From Salpingoeca rosetta (Eukaryota; Protista; Choanoflagellata), in contig JAWQFM010000001.1 of assembly GCA_033442325.1 (NCBI GenBank), positions 542,410-606,409 of the forward strand: DNA of 64,000 nucleotides, written 5' to 3'. The notes beneath the pieces are model-generated. The model did no database searches, was not told where the DNA came from, and saw only the letters and a program-made list of their open reading frames with translations. The position numbers were made by a program, and so were the translations under genes. Each line of letters begins with the position of its first letter. The stretch's first letter is position 1. This document shows, in pieces, positions 1 through 12,343 of the stretch.

Positions 1-72
<72 letters not shown>
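1..72. repeat. (CA)n microsatellite
   Basis: Pure dinucleotide run. Confidence 0.95.
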
Positions 73-75
<3 letters not shown>

Positions 76-183
76 TTCAGTTAAGCGTGTTTGCCCTTCG
101 GGTGGCTTTCTGGAACAGAAACAGAACACAAATCAAGCACCCGGGTATGCACACCTCCCATCTCTCTCTCTCTCTCTCACTCA

Positions 184-214
<31 letters not shown>

Positions 215-309
215 GCATTCATTGCCATGGAGGCTTTCTGATTCAGTAAGACAAATACAACACACGCACAAGCATGACAACACACACTGTGTCTCAAACA
301 TCCACCTTA

Positions 310-3300
310 TCATTGATTGTTGCACTCTGGTGGCACCTCTTCGCCGTTGTTCTGCAGCGTTCGTTTGCGGCGGGCAGCAGCAGCCGTTGCCGCAGTCCCA
401 GCACGCGCTTTCTCAGCAACAGCGGCCCGGCGTGCACTGCGGGTGGATCGTGGCAGCTTCGACGGTGAGTCGACATTCTCGCCGTTGCGTGCGCTCAGCG
501 GTTTGCGTGCGCCACCAGCAACAGTGGCTGCCCCTGTCGCTGTTGCTGCTGCTGTCGTCGTCGTCGTCGTTGCTGTTGTTGACGATGATGAGGATGATGA
601 TGATGATGGTCGCAGCGTCATGCTACGGAGCGTGGGAGCACGGCGCCGTGTCGCCGGGCCCGTCTGCGTCGTTGAACTTGCAGGTTCCTTCTTGGAGGCC
701 GTGGATGTTGGCGCACCTGGGCCATCCCTGTTCTTCGTGTCATCGGCAAACGTCACCTTTGCTCGCTTGGAGCGCGTGGATGTGTTGGCGCTGTCTCCGT
801 CTTCCTCCTCGTTGCTCGCGCGCCGCAGGGTTGAGCGCGTCTTCATTGCGGATGGGGGAACGCCGCTGCTTGCCGTGGAGCGCAGGCGACGGAATGCCGA
901 GGATGGCGCAGCACCAGTGCCGTCAGAGGCACCCATCGCACTTGTGTTGCCGTCCTGGCTTTCATCTGCGGCTTGGCTAGTGTTCTGCTTGCTGGTGTGC
1001 TGCGCAAGCTTTGGGCGTACAGCACGCGGGGTGTGAGGAACGATGTCACCGTCTTCCCCAGCTGCATGCGTGGTGCTGGTTTTGCTGTCCTTCGGCTTTG
1101 CATCGTCGCCACCCGCCAGCGCATCTGCCGTCATTGCAGCAACTGTGGACGTGGACAGGAGCGCAGAGTCCTGCATGCGCTGGCTGCTTGGCAGGCGCAC
1201 CCCGTTCTCCTCCAGCACAAGCTCCAAGCGGCGGTTGGCGCGCGTCAGCTGAATCACCACAGATTCCATCTTCTCGCGTGCGTGCACCGCCTCCTTCAGC
1301 TTGCCCTCCAGTGCCTCGCATTCGTCCTCCGCCTTGTGGCGGCTCGAGCGCTGCTCACTCAGCGCAGACTTCAACTCCTCCACCTTGCTCGACAGTTCGC
1401 TCACTTGCTGCGTGCTGGCCTTGGTCTGCTCTGAGGCAGTTACCTCAGCGGCCGCCTTGGCTGCCCGTCCACGTGCTTGCTCCAGCTGCTCCTCCAACTT
1501 GCTAACGCGTTTCTGTGCGCGCTGCAGTTCACGCTCCATCGCCGCCCTGGCCGTCTCCGCGGCGGATTTCGCCTCGAGGGCAGCGGCCTTGTCGCCCTCG
1601 GCTTCCTCAAGATGCTTTCTTGCGTCCTCTGCGGCCGCCAGCGCCTCCTGCAGTCGCTGCTCCTGCGCTGTTTGCTGCTGTTGTGCGGCGTCGCCAATCT
1701 CCTGGCGCACCCGCTTGCACGCGGACTCCATGTCCTTGCGCAGCGATGCAATGCATTCTTCTTGCTCCTGCACCTGCCGCTCCAGGTCACTCACGCGCCC
1801 TTGTGCAGTCTCCAGGGCCTGCGCAGCCTGCTGGTGCCGGCTCCGCTCTGCCTCCACTTCCGCCCGCACGGCAGCGTTCTCGTCGCGCAGAACCTCCCGC
1901 TGCTGCTCGAGCGCAGCAATGTCGCTTTCAAGGACAGCCTGGCGCTTGGCCATGTCCAGCTGCCCGTCCTGAAGATTGCCCTGCGCCGCTTTTGCTTCAG
2001 CCTTGGCAGCCCGCAATTCTGCACGCGCCGTGTCAAGGCTGGTCTTGAGCTCAGTCACTTGGGCTTGCGTATCATCAAGCTGTGACTGCAGTTCACCAGC
2101 ACGCTCCACGCTCTCATTGCACTTGTCCTGGAGTGTCTGCATCTCTGCACGGACAGACTCCAGCTCCTGCTGAGCTGCCTGCACCTCCTCTTCAGAACGC
2201 ACCTTGGCCGCCTGCAGGTTTTGCAGTTGGTGTGTCAGTGCTTCGAGCTCTGCGCCCTTGTCGCTGAGCGCCATTCGAGCTTGTTCAAGCTCCTGCAAGG
2301 TCGTGACCTTGGCGTTGTTGGCGGAAGACAGATCCTGCGAGAGCTCACTTGTCTTCGATTCAGCCGCGTCAAGATTCGCCTTGTATTCATTAACACAGTT
2401 GGTGAGTTGCTCAACTTCTTTCTGCAGGGATGTGATGGCGGCTTGGTGCTGCTTGGCCATGCTGGCGTTTTGTTCCTCAAAGGACATGCGTGCAGTCTCC
2501 AGCTCCTGTTGTGCCTGTTGCAGGCTGGCGCAGGCCGTGTCCAGCTGCTCTTGCTTCTCCTGAACCTCGGTCTTGGCAGCATTACGCTCCTGCTGCGCAG
2601 TCTCCAGCTCCTGCTGTGCCTGTTGCAGGCTGGCGAAAGCCGTGCCCAGCTGCTCTTGCTTCTCCTGAACCTCGGTCTTGACAACATCACGCTCCTGCTG
2701 CGCAGTCTCCAGCTGCGTCGTCAGTTGTGCCACTTCCTCCTGCTTGGAGGCTGCGGCCTGTTGCAGGTGCTCAATCTCCTGCTGGTGCGAGGCAACATCC
2801 TTCCTCAGCCCGCTCACTTGGTCAAGGGAAGCTTCAAGATCGGCCTGTCTGGTGTGCAGCTGCTCCTTCATGTCGCTCACCTGCTGCTCAAGGCCTGCGA
2901 TCTGTGCCCCAGCCGCTGCAGACGTTTGCTGGTGGCTTGCCATCTCCTCCGTCAAGCGGGCGTTGCTCTCATTGGCTTGGTCCAGCTCGGCCTGCAGCGC
3001 TTCGAGCGACGACTTTGCAGCATCGAGACTTGCCGTCTTCGCTACCAGCTCGCTCTTGAGGTCCGACAGAGATGATTCCAACGCGGTCACAGCCTCAGCA
3101 TGCGTCTGCTCCGCCTTCTCTCGCTGCTGTGTTGCTTCGGTGAGGGCGGCTTGCATGCGTTCGCTGTGCGCCTCCTCCATCTCCCGCATTTTCTGCTCGG
3201 CCGTTGCTGTTACTTCGGCGAGTTGCTCGCGAACGCTCTGCAACTCCTGGAGCTGAGCTGACGCGCTGCTCTCTTGATCTGTGCGCAAGGTCTCCAGGTC

Positions 3301-6300
3301 GAGCTTGGCCTCCTCCAGACTACGCTCACGCTCCCCAACCTGCTCCTTCAGGGATGTAACTTCAGAAGCCAGTGCCTCGACTTGCTCGTTCATCGCTGAG
3401 ATGGCAGTCTCGTGCTGCAAGCGCACGTCGTTCAGCTCTGCCTGTGCTGCTGCCTCAGCCTCGTCCACTTCCTGCGCATGCTTGGCGTTGACCTCATAAA
3501 GCTGTTGCTGGTGCTCTGCGCGTGCCGCGCGTTGGGACTCGTCTGCATCTTCCTTTGCAGACACCAGCTCCGCCTCCAAGCGCTGGCGGCTCTCCTCCAG
3601 AGCAGACACCTGCTCCTGCAAGTCACCCAGCTTCTGCTGCAGCGCTTCGCCTTGGGCGCTGGCCTCGTCCCGTGCCTCAGCTGCGGCCTGAGCAGCTTGG
3701 CTCTTGTCAGCCACCTCCTTCTCTAGGCGCTCAATTTCCACCTTGGACTCGGCGGCCAACTTCGCCTGCTTTGCCTCGGCTTCGTCAGCTTGTGCCTGCA
3801 GTTGCTCGCGAAGCTGTGTCAGCTCCTCCTGTGCGGTAGCAAGTGCCGCTGTCGCTTCCTTGGCTGCGCTTGTCGCCTGCGCCAGCTCTGCAGCAGTCTC
3901 TTGCGTATCGCGCTCTGCACTCTCCTTGAGCACGCGCAGCTCCTCTTCCAGCGCCTCGCGCTCCATACTGTTCTGAGCCAGCTGGGCCTCCGCTGTGGCC
4001 AGTGCTTCCCGCGCCGAGTTCAGGGCCCCGGCACTCTCGGCGCTGCTTGTCTGCAGTTGGTCAATGTCCTTGCTCAGCTGCTCAATCTTCGCCTCAGCGG
4101 CCAACTTTTCCTCCTCTTTTGCATCGAGCTGGGCCTGCAGCTTGTTCATGTTGTCGTCCATGTTCGCGAGCTCTTGCGTCTTGGATTCGAGCGCAAGCTG
4201 GTGCTCCTCAGCCTGCTGTTGCTGCAGGCGCTGGTGTTGCGACACCATCTCCTGGCGCTGTTCCTCTGCAGCCGTAAGTGCCGCCGCCTTTTCTGCGCAC
4301 TCGCCCTTGAGCTTGGAAACGTCGTCGTTTGCCTGCCGCACTGCTGTTTTCAGGCTGTCGACCTCAGCCCGCAATACCACAAGCTCTTCCTCTTTCATGT
4401 CAAGGAAGCACTGCAGCTGCTGCAGCTGGGCGTTGCGTGCTTCCTCGTGCTGCTGCCGCTGCTGCTCGCCCTCGGATGTGGCTGCCTCGGCCTCCTTCTC
4501 CAGGCGCGCAATCTTATCACGGGCTGTGTCGAGTGCGCGCTTGGCTTCTTGCCGCTCACACCGCGCCGCTTCCAGTTGCTCCTCCAGCTCGCGCTGACGC
4601 TGTTCTGCAGTCTCCAGCGAAGCAGCCGTGGCTTGCTGCGCTTGCTGCAACTCTGCGCACTGCGCGTCAACTTCATTCTTCGCGGCCTTCAGCTCCTGCA
4701 GCTCCTTCTCCTGTTGCTCCACCTGCTCCAGCAGCTGTGTGCGGCGGGCGTCCTGCGACTGCAAGAAGGCGACCCGGTCCTCAAGCTCGGAGCATTGTTG
4801 CTGCGCCCGATCGAGCTCAAGCTTGGAAGACTCCCGCAGCTGCGCCAGCTCAGCCTCCAGTGAAGCAGCTTGCCCCGCATTTTCCTGTGCTTTTGCCTTG
4901 GCTTTCTCCAACTCCACATGCGCTGCCTCTGCCGCTGCCTTCTCCTGCGAGGCTTGCGTCGTGAGCTCTTCGCATGCCTGCTGGGCCTGCTGCAGTTCGT
5001 GCGCTGTTGTCTCCTGATCACGCTGCATCGCCTCACGCTCTGTGCTGTGCTGGGTCTTGACGGCGTCAAGCTCTGCCAGGGCCTCCTCCAGCCGCGTTTT
5101 GATGGTGCTGACTTCATCGCCCTTGGAGTGCACGACGGCATCGTCAAACGCGAGGTTCGACTGCAGCTTGTCATTCTCTGCCTTGAGGGCGTTGATCTGA
5201 TCGCGCAGTGCGTCCTGCTTCTCCTCGCCCGCAGCCAACTCAGCCCGAAGCTGCTGCTCAGCCTCCTCCAGCCGCTGCTGCGTCTGTTCCGCGGCCTTGA
5301 GGGCAACCTGCGTGTTCTCGAGCTCCTTCTTCACTGCATACAGCTGCTCGTCCTTGGCCTCGCTCTCCTCGCACAGGGACTCCGCGTCCTCTTGCGCACA
5401 CTCCAGCTGCGCCTCCAGGTTCATGCGCGTGGTGCGCAGGTTCCGCTTGAGTTCCTTCGTGGACTTCTCCTGTGCGGCCATCTCCTGCGTGAGGGCGGCA
5501 AGCTTCTCCTCCAGCGCCACCTTCGCCTGCTGCAGCTCCGTGCGCTCGTCCTGCAGCGACACCACCTTCGCCATGAGCTCCTGCATTTCGCCCTGCAGCT
5601 GCTGGGCAGCCTGTGCGTTGGCCTCCGCCTTTGCCTCTGTCACACGTGCTTGTTCGGCATGCACCTGCTCCTTGAGGGACGCGCACAGCTCTTCAAGCTC
5701 CTTCACGCGCTCCTTGGCGGCCAGTGCGTCGTGGGTAGCCGTGCTCTGCTCCTCCTGTGCAGATTCCAGGCTGCGAACAAGGCTCTCGCGTTCCTGCGCG
5801 ATGTGATCCAGCTCCTTCTTGAGGGCGTGCACCTCCTCGCGGCTGTCGCTGGTCACCTGGGCCAGCTTGCCTTCCAGTGATGCCACAGCGCGGACAAGTT
5901 CAGCACGCTTCTCTTCCAGCTGCGTTGCTCGCTGTGTTTGCGCGGCTGCTTGCGCCTGCACCTGCTCAAGCTTGGCTGCAAGGTCCCGCTGCGCCGCGTC
6001 GTTTGAGCTTGCGTTGTTCTTGATGGCGGTGAGTTCGGTGCGCAGCTGGGCGGCCAAGTCGTCGGCCTCCTTCAGGCGTGCGGTTAACTCGGTACACTCG
6101 TCCTTCTTCGTCTGCAGCTGCTCCTGCAGGGACTCCATATCTGCCTGCGCTTGCGCCAGTTCGTCCTTTAGCTGAGCTGCAGCGCGGGTGCGCGTACGCG
6201 TGCGGGTGGCAGTTGCCTCCTCTGCGTTGTGCAGCTTTTCTCGCAGCGTCTTGTTCTCTGCTGCCAGGTGCTCCAGCTTGGTGAATGCCGCCGACAGGGA

Positions 6301-7762
6301 GGACGATGTCTGTGCGAGTTCATCCTTGGCCGACGCTGCGTGGCTGTCCAGGTCACGCCGCAGCTTGCGCATGGACCGCTCCAAGTTGTCCGAGGCCAGC
6401 CGGAGCGCGTGCTGCTCGGCTTTGTACTTCTCCACCAGGGCGTTGGCGTTGTCAAGCTCGCGTGCCTGCTTGCTGTTGGTGGCTTGTGCAGCTGAGAGCT
6501 GTGCCTCCGCCTCTGCCACAGCGTGATGCAGCTGCGTCTGCGCAGCCTCGTGCTTGCGGCACTCCTCGTCCAGTTGCGCCTCCAGCTGCTGCACGCGCTG
6601 TTGCTGTGCACTGCACTCCTGTTGTGCCTTGGCCAGCGACGCCTCAATCTGCGTGCGTGCGGTGGTCCACTCAGCCTCCCTCTCAGCAAGCGTGGCGCGG
6701 TGCTGTTCCATTTGCTGGTTGATGGCGTCCATATCTGGTGCTGCTGCCTCCAGCTCTTGCACACGGGTTTGCAGCTCGGCTGCCTGCTTGGCGGCGGTTG
6801 TTGCTGCGTCTTGCGCCTCTTGAAGCGCTTGTTGTGCATCGTCACGCTCCTTGGTCAGCTGATCGTGCGTTGCGCGGGCGTTGTCAAACTGCGCCTGCAA
6901 GTCGTCTTTTTCCTTCTGCAGCACGTGCACTTGCTCCTCCAGCTGTGCAATGGCGGTGTTGCTAGCCGCCGATGCTGCTGCTGTCTCGTTTGTCATCTCA
7001 TCCACCTTGGACCTGGCGCTTGCCAGCGCCGTGTTGAGGGACTCGCAATCGTCTTTGGCCTTTTGCAGCTCTGCAAGCGCAGTGGCGTGCTCCTCTGTCT
7101 TCGTCTTCAGCGCTTCTTGAGCTTGGTCCAGCTCTTGCTGTAGCTGCGGCACCTGCTTGCGCAACCCTACCACCTGCGTTCAAGAAACAGGACACGTGCA
7201 CGCGAACGGACAGCGTAAGTGTGAACGTGTGTGTGTGTGTGTGTGCGTGCGTGTGTGCGTGCGTGCGTGTGTGTGAGAGAGAGTGTGTGTATGTGCGCGT
7301 GCGTATGTGAGTGTGTGTGCGTGCGTGTGTGAGTGAGTCAGTGAGTGAAGGTTGCTGGTTCTGCATGCACAAGGCAACAGAGGTGTGAAACTCGGGCCGT
7401 CGTTTTGCACAAGCGGGATGTTTCATACCTCTTCCTTAATGGACTTGTGGGTGACAGCGGCATTCAGAGTTTGCACCTCCAGCTTCTTTGTAACAGCGTG
7501 CGCATGCTCCAGCTGTTCCTCAAGCTCCTTGACGCGCTCCTGGTCAGAGAGGGTGAGAGAGCGCAAAAAGAGGCAGGGTTGCGAGTTTGTTTTGTTTGTT
7601 TGTTTGTTTGTTTGAGAATGGGAGGGAGAGGGAGCGAGTGTGTGTGGGTGTGAGTGAGGCACAACAACGTGGCTGTGACGATGATGTAACATTGTGACAT
7701 ACACCGTCCAGCTGCAGTTGCCAAAAACGCTGGACGCTTGGCACACAACAACAACAACAACT

Positions 7763-7796
<34 letters not shown>

Positions 7797-9098
7797 CTTA
7801 AACATCTTAAACAACAACAACAACACACACTCACACAAACACACACACTCACACAAACACACACACACGTTCACACCTGTGAGGCGGCTGCGACGACGGC
7901 TTGTTGTTGTTCTTGAAGTTGCGTGCGCAGGGAAGCGAGCTCTTTCTTGTGGGCGTCAATAACCTGTTTGGCTGCCGTGTGGTCCTCCTGCTCTTGCTTG
8001 AGCTCTTGCTGTGCTGATTGCAGCAACTGCTGCATGTCTGCCATTGTCTTCTCCTGCGTTTCAGCCTGTTCCTTGAGCGTGCTCTCCAGCTTAAGCTTGG
8101 TCTGCCGCAAGTGCTTGTATGCCGTGTCTCTTGCCGCAAGGTTCTGTTTGAAGGACTTGACCTGCGGCAATACACAACAAGCAACAACGCAAGCGGAATG
8201 AGAGCGTGAGAGGAACGGGACGAAACACGGGGGACAGCAGCGCGCCACCGCACGAAACGGAGACGGCTCACGCCCACACGCCCACAAGCACACACACACA
8301 CAAATGCATTTGTAAGTACAACCACACCACAACTGTGTGCGCTTCTGCGTCAAACACATGCGCAGGCAAGAGTACACACACGCACACACACACACACACA
8401 CACAAAACCAAACAAAGCAAAGCAAAACAAACACATTCGCACCTGAGCCTCCAGCTCGGTGATCTTGTCCTTGGACATGGTCTGTTCATTGAACATGCCT
8501 GAAAGCTCGTTCTCAAGATCTGTGACGCGGCTCTGCGCTTGCTTAAAGGCCTTGTCATGCGCAGCTGCCTTGGCCTCTGCGTTTTCCAGACCAACTTGCG
8601 CCTGCGCGTATTTGGCCTGCAGCTGCTCCAGCTCCTTCTTGCTGTCTGCCAACTGCTGTGCAAGCGAGGACGCAGCCATTGTGTGCTCGCTCTCAGTCGA
8701 CTGGGAGTCTTGCCTGGCGGCGTTCAGCTGCGCACGCAGGTCAGCAATGGTTGCCTCCAGCTGGTCGCGCTGTGCCGTTTGCTGCTTCTCAATCTCGAGG
8801 TTGCGTGCCTCTGCCTCCTTTGTTGCCTTGGCCAGCAGCTTGTGTGCATGTGCGTCCGCTTCTTCCAGCGACTGCGATGACGTCTGCTGCTGCGTGGACA
8901 GCTGTTGTTGCATGGTTTCCACAATGGTCTCACGCTGCTTCATGCCTGTTTGCAGCTCCTCGATGTTGGCGCGTGCTGCATCCAGCTCATCCTGCACACG
9001 CTGAGCGGCATCCTGTGGTTGCAAGAGCGGGAAAGAGATAGTGTGTGTGAGCGAGTGTGCGTGTTTGAGAGAGTGTGCTATTGTGAGACAGTGTGCGA

Positions 9099-9130
<32 letters not shown>

Positions 9131-9921
9131 GTGTGCGAATGTGTGTGCGCGCGAATGCAACTGTGACAGAATGAACCATTGTGCACACAATATGTGCATG
9201 TCCATGAGATGCTCACGTGAGCTTCCTCGAGCAGCTTCTTGTAGTGTGTTTCCGTGGACTTGATCTTGTTCTCTGCCTCAAGGAGCTGCTGCTTGAGCGT
9301 TGAGACCTGCTGGTAGGTGCTGTGCTCTTGTGCTTTTGAAGCGGCTGCAGCCTGGTCTTGCAAGCGCGCGTTCTGCCAAATGCATAAGTGTGTGTGTGTG
9401 TGCATGCGTGAGCATGTGTGTGTGTGCGTGCGTTAATGTGTGTACGTGTGTGTGTGTGTGTGTTTGTGTGTACATGCGTGTATTGGTGTGAAGGAACAAA
9501 AATGAGACGAGGGAGAGGGATACAAGTGTCGCTCAAACACACCGATGCACAAACAAAGCACACTGTGTGGGAACAAGTTGCACCATGGGCTCACTTCTGC
9601 GTGCAGGTCCTTGATTGTCGCTTTGTCACGTTGTGCTTCCTTTGTGTGCTGGGCAATCTTGTTTTCCAGCTGATTAATCTGCATTGTGCGCGCCTGTGCC
9701 ATTTTATCATGCAAACGAACGTGAGAGCATGAGAATATGTGCGTGTTCGTGTAAGTGTGCAAGTTTCAAGGTGAGATTGTGTGTGGGCAGGTCAGTGCGA
9801 CGTGTACACGTGAGTTTTCCCAGCGATGATCACGTATTATTGACAAACATAGACTGGGGCGTGCTTCGACTGTTTGCCCTGTGATTCTCTTGTTCTTCCA
9901 TCAGCTTTCGCGCGCACCCAC

Positions 9922-9960
<39 letters not shown>

Positions 9961-10929
9961 TACACGCACACGCAGACACACACACACACAAATACACACA
10001 CACACACAAATACACATAAACACACACTCTCCCACTCACACACACACAGGTATCCAAATTCACACGCACCTTGACATCATCTTGAAGACGGCTGTTCTGG
10101 CGATGAAGCTGGTCAATGGTCTGGCCGAGGGAGCATGCCTCGCGCTCCAGCTCTTGTACCTGTTGTGCGCAATCGATGATGCGCCATGCACAGGCAAAGA
10201 CGGCATCGGTGAGTTGCCTTTGTACACCACGAACGCGACCAGTTTCATTTGCTTGTTGTTGTTACATGATCGCGAGGGCTGCACACGCCAACAAGACATT
10301 CCAGGCCCCCATTGAGAACTCACGCGACGCTTTGATTCAGCAGCCTGGTTCTTGATTTTGACTTGCGCCGCATTCAAGTTGTCAATCTGGAAGGTCTTGT
10401 TCTGCGTGTCGCGCGTCAACTGCTGCACGCGGCGTTCCAACTCTTCAACCTGGCAGCGCCAGCAGCAACAACAAGGCACAACGTAAAGTGAACCACCGAG
10501 CATGTCGCCCAACTTTGTATTCATGTCACTTGTCAGAGTGAAGGCCAGCTTGACAGCAATGCAAATGTACACAAACAAACAAACAAACAAACAAACAAAC
10601 AAACAAACAAACAAACAAACAAACAAACAAACAAACAAACAAACAAACAAACAAACAAACAAACAAACAAACAAACAAAAAAACAAACACACACACATGC
10701 ACACAAACACACACACACAAAAACAAACACACACACGCACAGGCACAAACACCCACACACACACACAAACAAACACACACACACAAACAACCCACACACA
10801 CACAAACAAACACCCACACACACACACGCACACAAACACAAACACACAAACCAACACGCACACATGACGAACCTTTTGCAGGGCGACCCCTGGCAGGTTG
10901 TTCTTCCACTCGTTCTGACGCCACGACAT
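310..10929 (-). CDS. CENPF: CENP-F-like giant coiled-coil protein, ~2785 aa, 9 exons: 10929-10873, 10449-10324, 10159-10070, 9693-9595, 9372-9217, 9012-8443, 8161-7877, 7539-7429, 7173-310
   Basis: Spliced N-terminus [19 protein letters not shown]|[31 protein letters not shown] aligns with the human CENP-F start (MSWALEEWKEGLPTRALQKIQELEGQLDKLKKEKQQRQFQLDSLEAALQK, recalled). About 2500 aa of E/Q/A/L/K heptads follow, then a basic S/T/R tail ending ECNNQ* (CENP-F ends CKVQ). All eight introns are GT-AG, phase 0. Confidence 0.8.
2492..2714 (-). repeat. In-frame 105-bp tandem repeat (35 aa, five heptads), ~2.1 copies, inside the coiled-coil gene
   Basis: gcagtctccagct recurs at 2492, 2597 and 2702. 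Protein unit: [35 protein letters not shown]. Confidence 0.9.
10570..10690. repeat. (CAAA)n tetranucleotide microsatellite in intron 1 of the CENP-F-like gene
   Basis: Direct reading. Confidence 0.95.
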
Positions 10930-11408
10930 GACGGCGTCCTTGTTCCCTCTGCGTCCCAAAGGAGGTCTCAACAGTGGTAGGGATGAGAGCGGGGAGGGCC
11001 GAGGATGGTGAGGTGCTGGTGTTGTGGTTGTGGTTGTGGATGGATGGAAAATGAAATTTCGAATTTGCCGCGGAAACAGTTACTCGACTTTCAATGTATG
11101 TCTTCATTTAATTTTCTGCTGCCAGGTTTGCCCCTTGTTTGTCGTGTTGCAAGCAAGCAACAACGGCGGACGACAAAAGACCAACAAGCGACCAAGGGCT
11201 TTGCACTGCGCACAACAGACAACAACCCAACAGCCCCAACAGCACAGACAACACACAACCACAAACTGTACACAACAGACACCATCATCCCCTCGCTCAT
11301 TCACCATCCACTGTCCGGGCCGGGACGCAAACAGTGAGTGCAGCCATCACCAGCTAACCCGCTGCCTCATCCTACTGCTGTGGAGGCAACAAGGCAGCAC
11401 CGGCCACC
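10930..11408. promoter_or_regulatory. 479-bp bidirectional promoter / 5'UTR region between the CENP-F-like gene and beta-heavy spectrin
   Basis: Divergent ATGs at 10929 (-) and 11409 (+; perfect Kozak GCCACCATGG). AT-rich core flanked by leaders that are CA-rich on each gene's own sense strand. Confidence 0.75.
11058..11076 (-). promoter_or_regulatory. Putative CDE/CHR (E2F + LIN54/MuvB) cell-cycle element
   Basis: Minus strand reads TTTC-CGCGG-CAAA-TTCGAA: CDE core CGCGG, 4-nt spacer, TTYRAA. It lies ~130 bp upstream of the CENP-F-like ATG. The plus strand also carries TTTGCCGC (E2F consensus TTTSSCGC). Confidence 0.55.
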
Positions 11409-12277
11409 ATGGAAGAGATTCAGCACTCGTTGCAGGTGGAGCGGGAGCAGGTGCAAAAGCGCGCCTTTACGCGCTGGATCAATAGCATCCTGCGTGACAC
11501 GGGCTTGCACATCGACGACCTGTACAGCGACCTCTCTGATGGAACAGTGCTGCTCACGCTCCTGGAGACCATCTCCGGGGCGCAGCTGCCTGCGCCGTCG
11601 CGCGGGCGCCTGCGCGTGCACAAACTCGAGAACTGTGCCCACGCACTCCGCTTCCTGAAAGCAAGCAAGGTCAAGCTGGAGAACATCAGCGCGCAGAACA
11701 TTGTGGATGGAAACCCGCGCCTGATCCTCGGCCTCATCTGGACCATCATCTTGCGATTCCAAATGCAAGAGATCCAGCTCGAAGGCGACGCCAAGTCCGC
11801 CAAGGAGGCCCTTCTCTACTGGTGCCAGAAAGTCACCAAGGGCTACCCCAACGTGGACATTCGCAACTTCACATCAAGCTGGAGCAATGGCATGGCCTTT
11901 AACGCCATCATCCACAGCTTTAGGTACAAATACGCCTCGCAGCTTGTCTGTGTGCGCGTGTGTGCACGTGTGTCTTTGTGTGTGTCTGTGTGTCTTGTGT
12001 GTGTCTGTGCATCTGTGCCTTTCGCGTCTGTCTGTGTGTGTGTGTGGTGCGTAGGTTTGTATTGTCGGGCACCCCTCGCTTTGTCTCTAACTCGACCTAC
12101 TGCCTCAACTTCTTAACGCTTCTTTCTTTTTTTCAACGCAGACCGGACCTTGTGCGCTACAATGATCTTGACCCACAAAAGTCCATTCGCAATCTCAAGT
12201 CTGCCTTCCAAATTGCCGAAGATCACCTTGGCATCTCTACCATCCTCGAGCCAGAAGGTACGCATGTGTGTGTATGT

Positions 12278-12343
<66 letters not shown>

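Noticed and set aside
317-7143. Numerous long plus-strand ORFs antisense to the coiled-coil exon, and similar minus-strand ORFs over spectrin
   Set aside because: Shadow ORFs of GC-rich, biased coding sequence (poly-Ser/Cys/Leu translations) with no domain motifs.
310-7173. Myosin tail, golgin or kinesin (CENP-E) identity for the coiled-coil protein
   Set aside because: No motor or GRIP domain in the spliced model; both termini fit CENP-F better.
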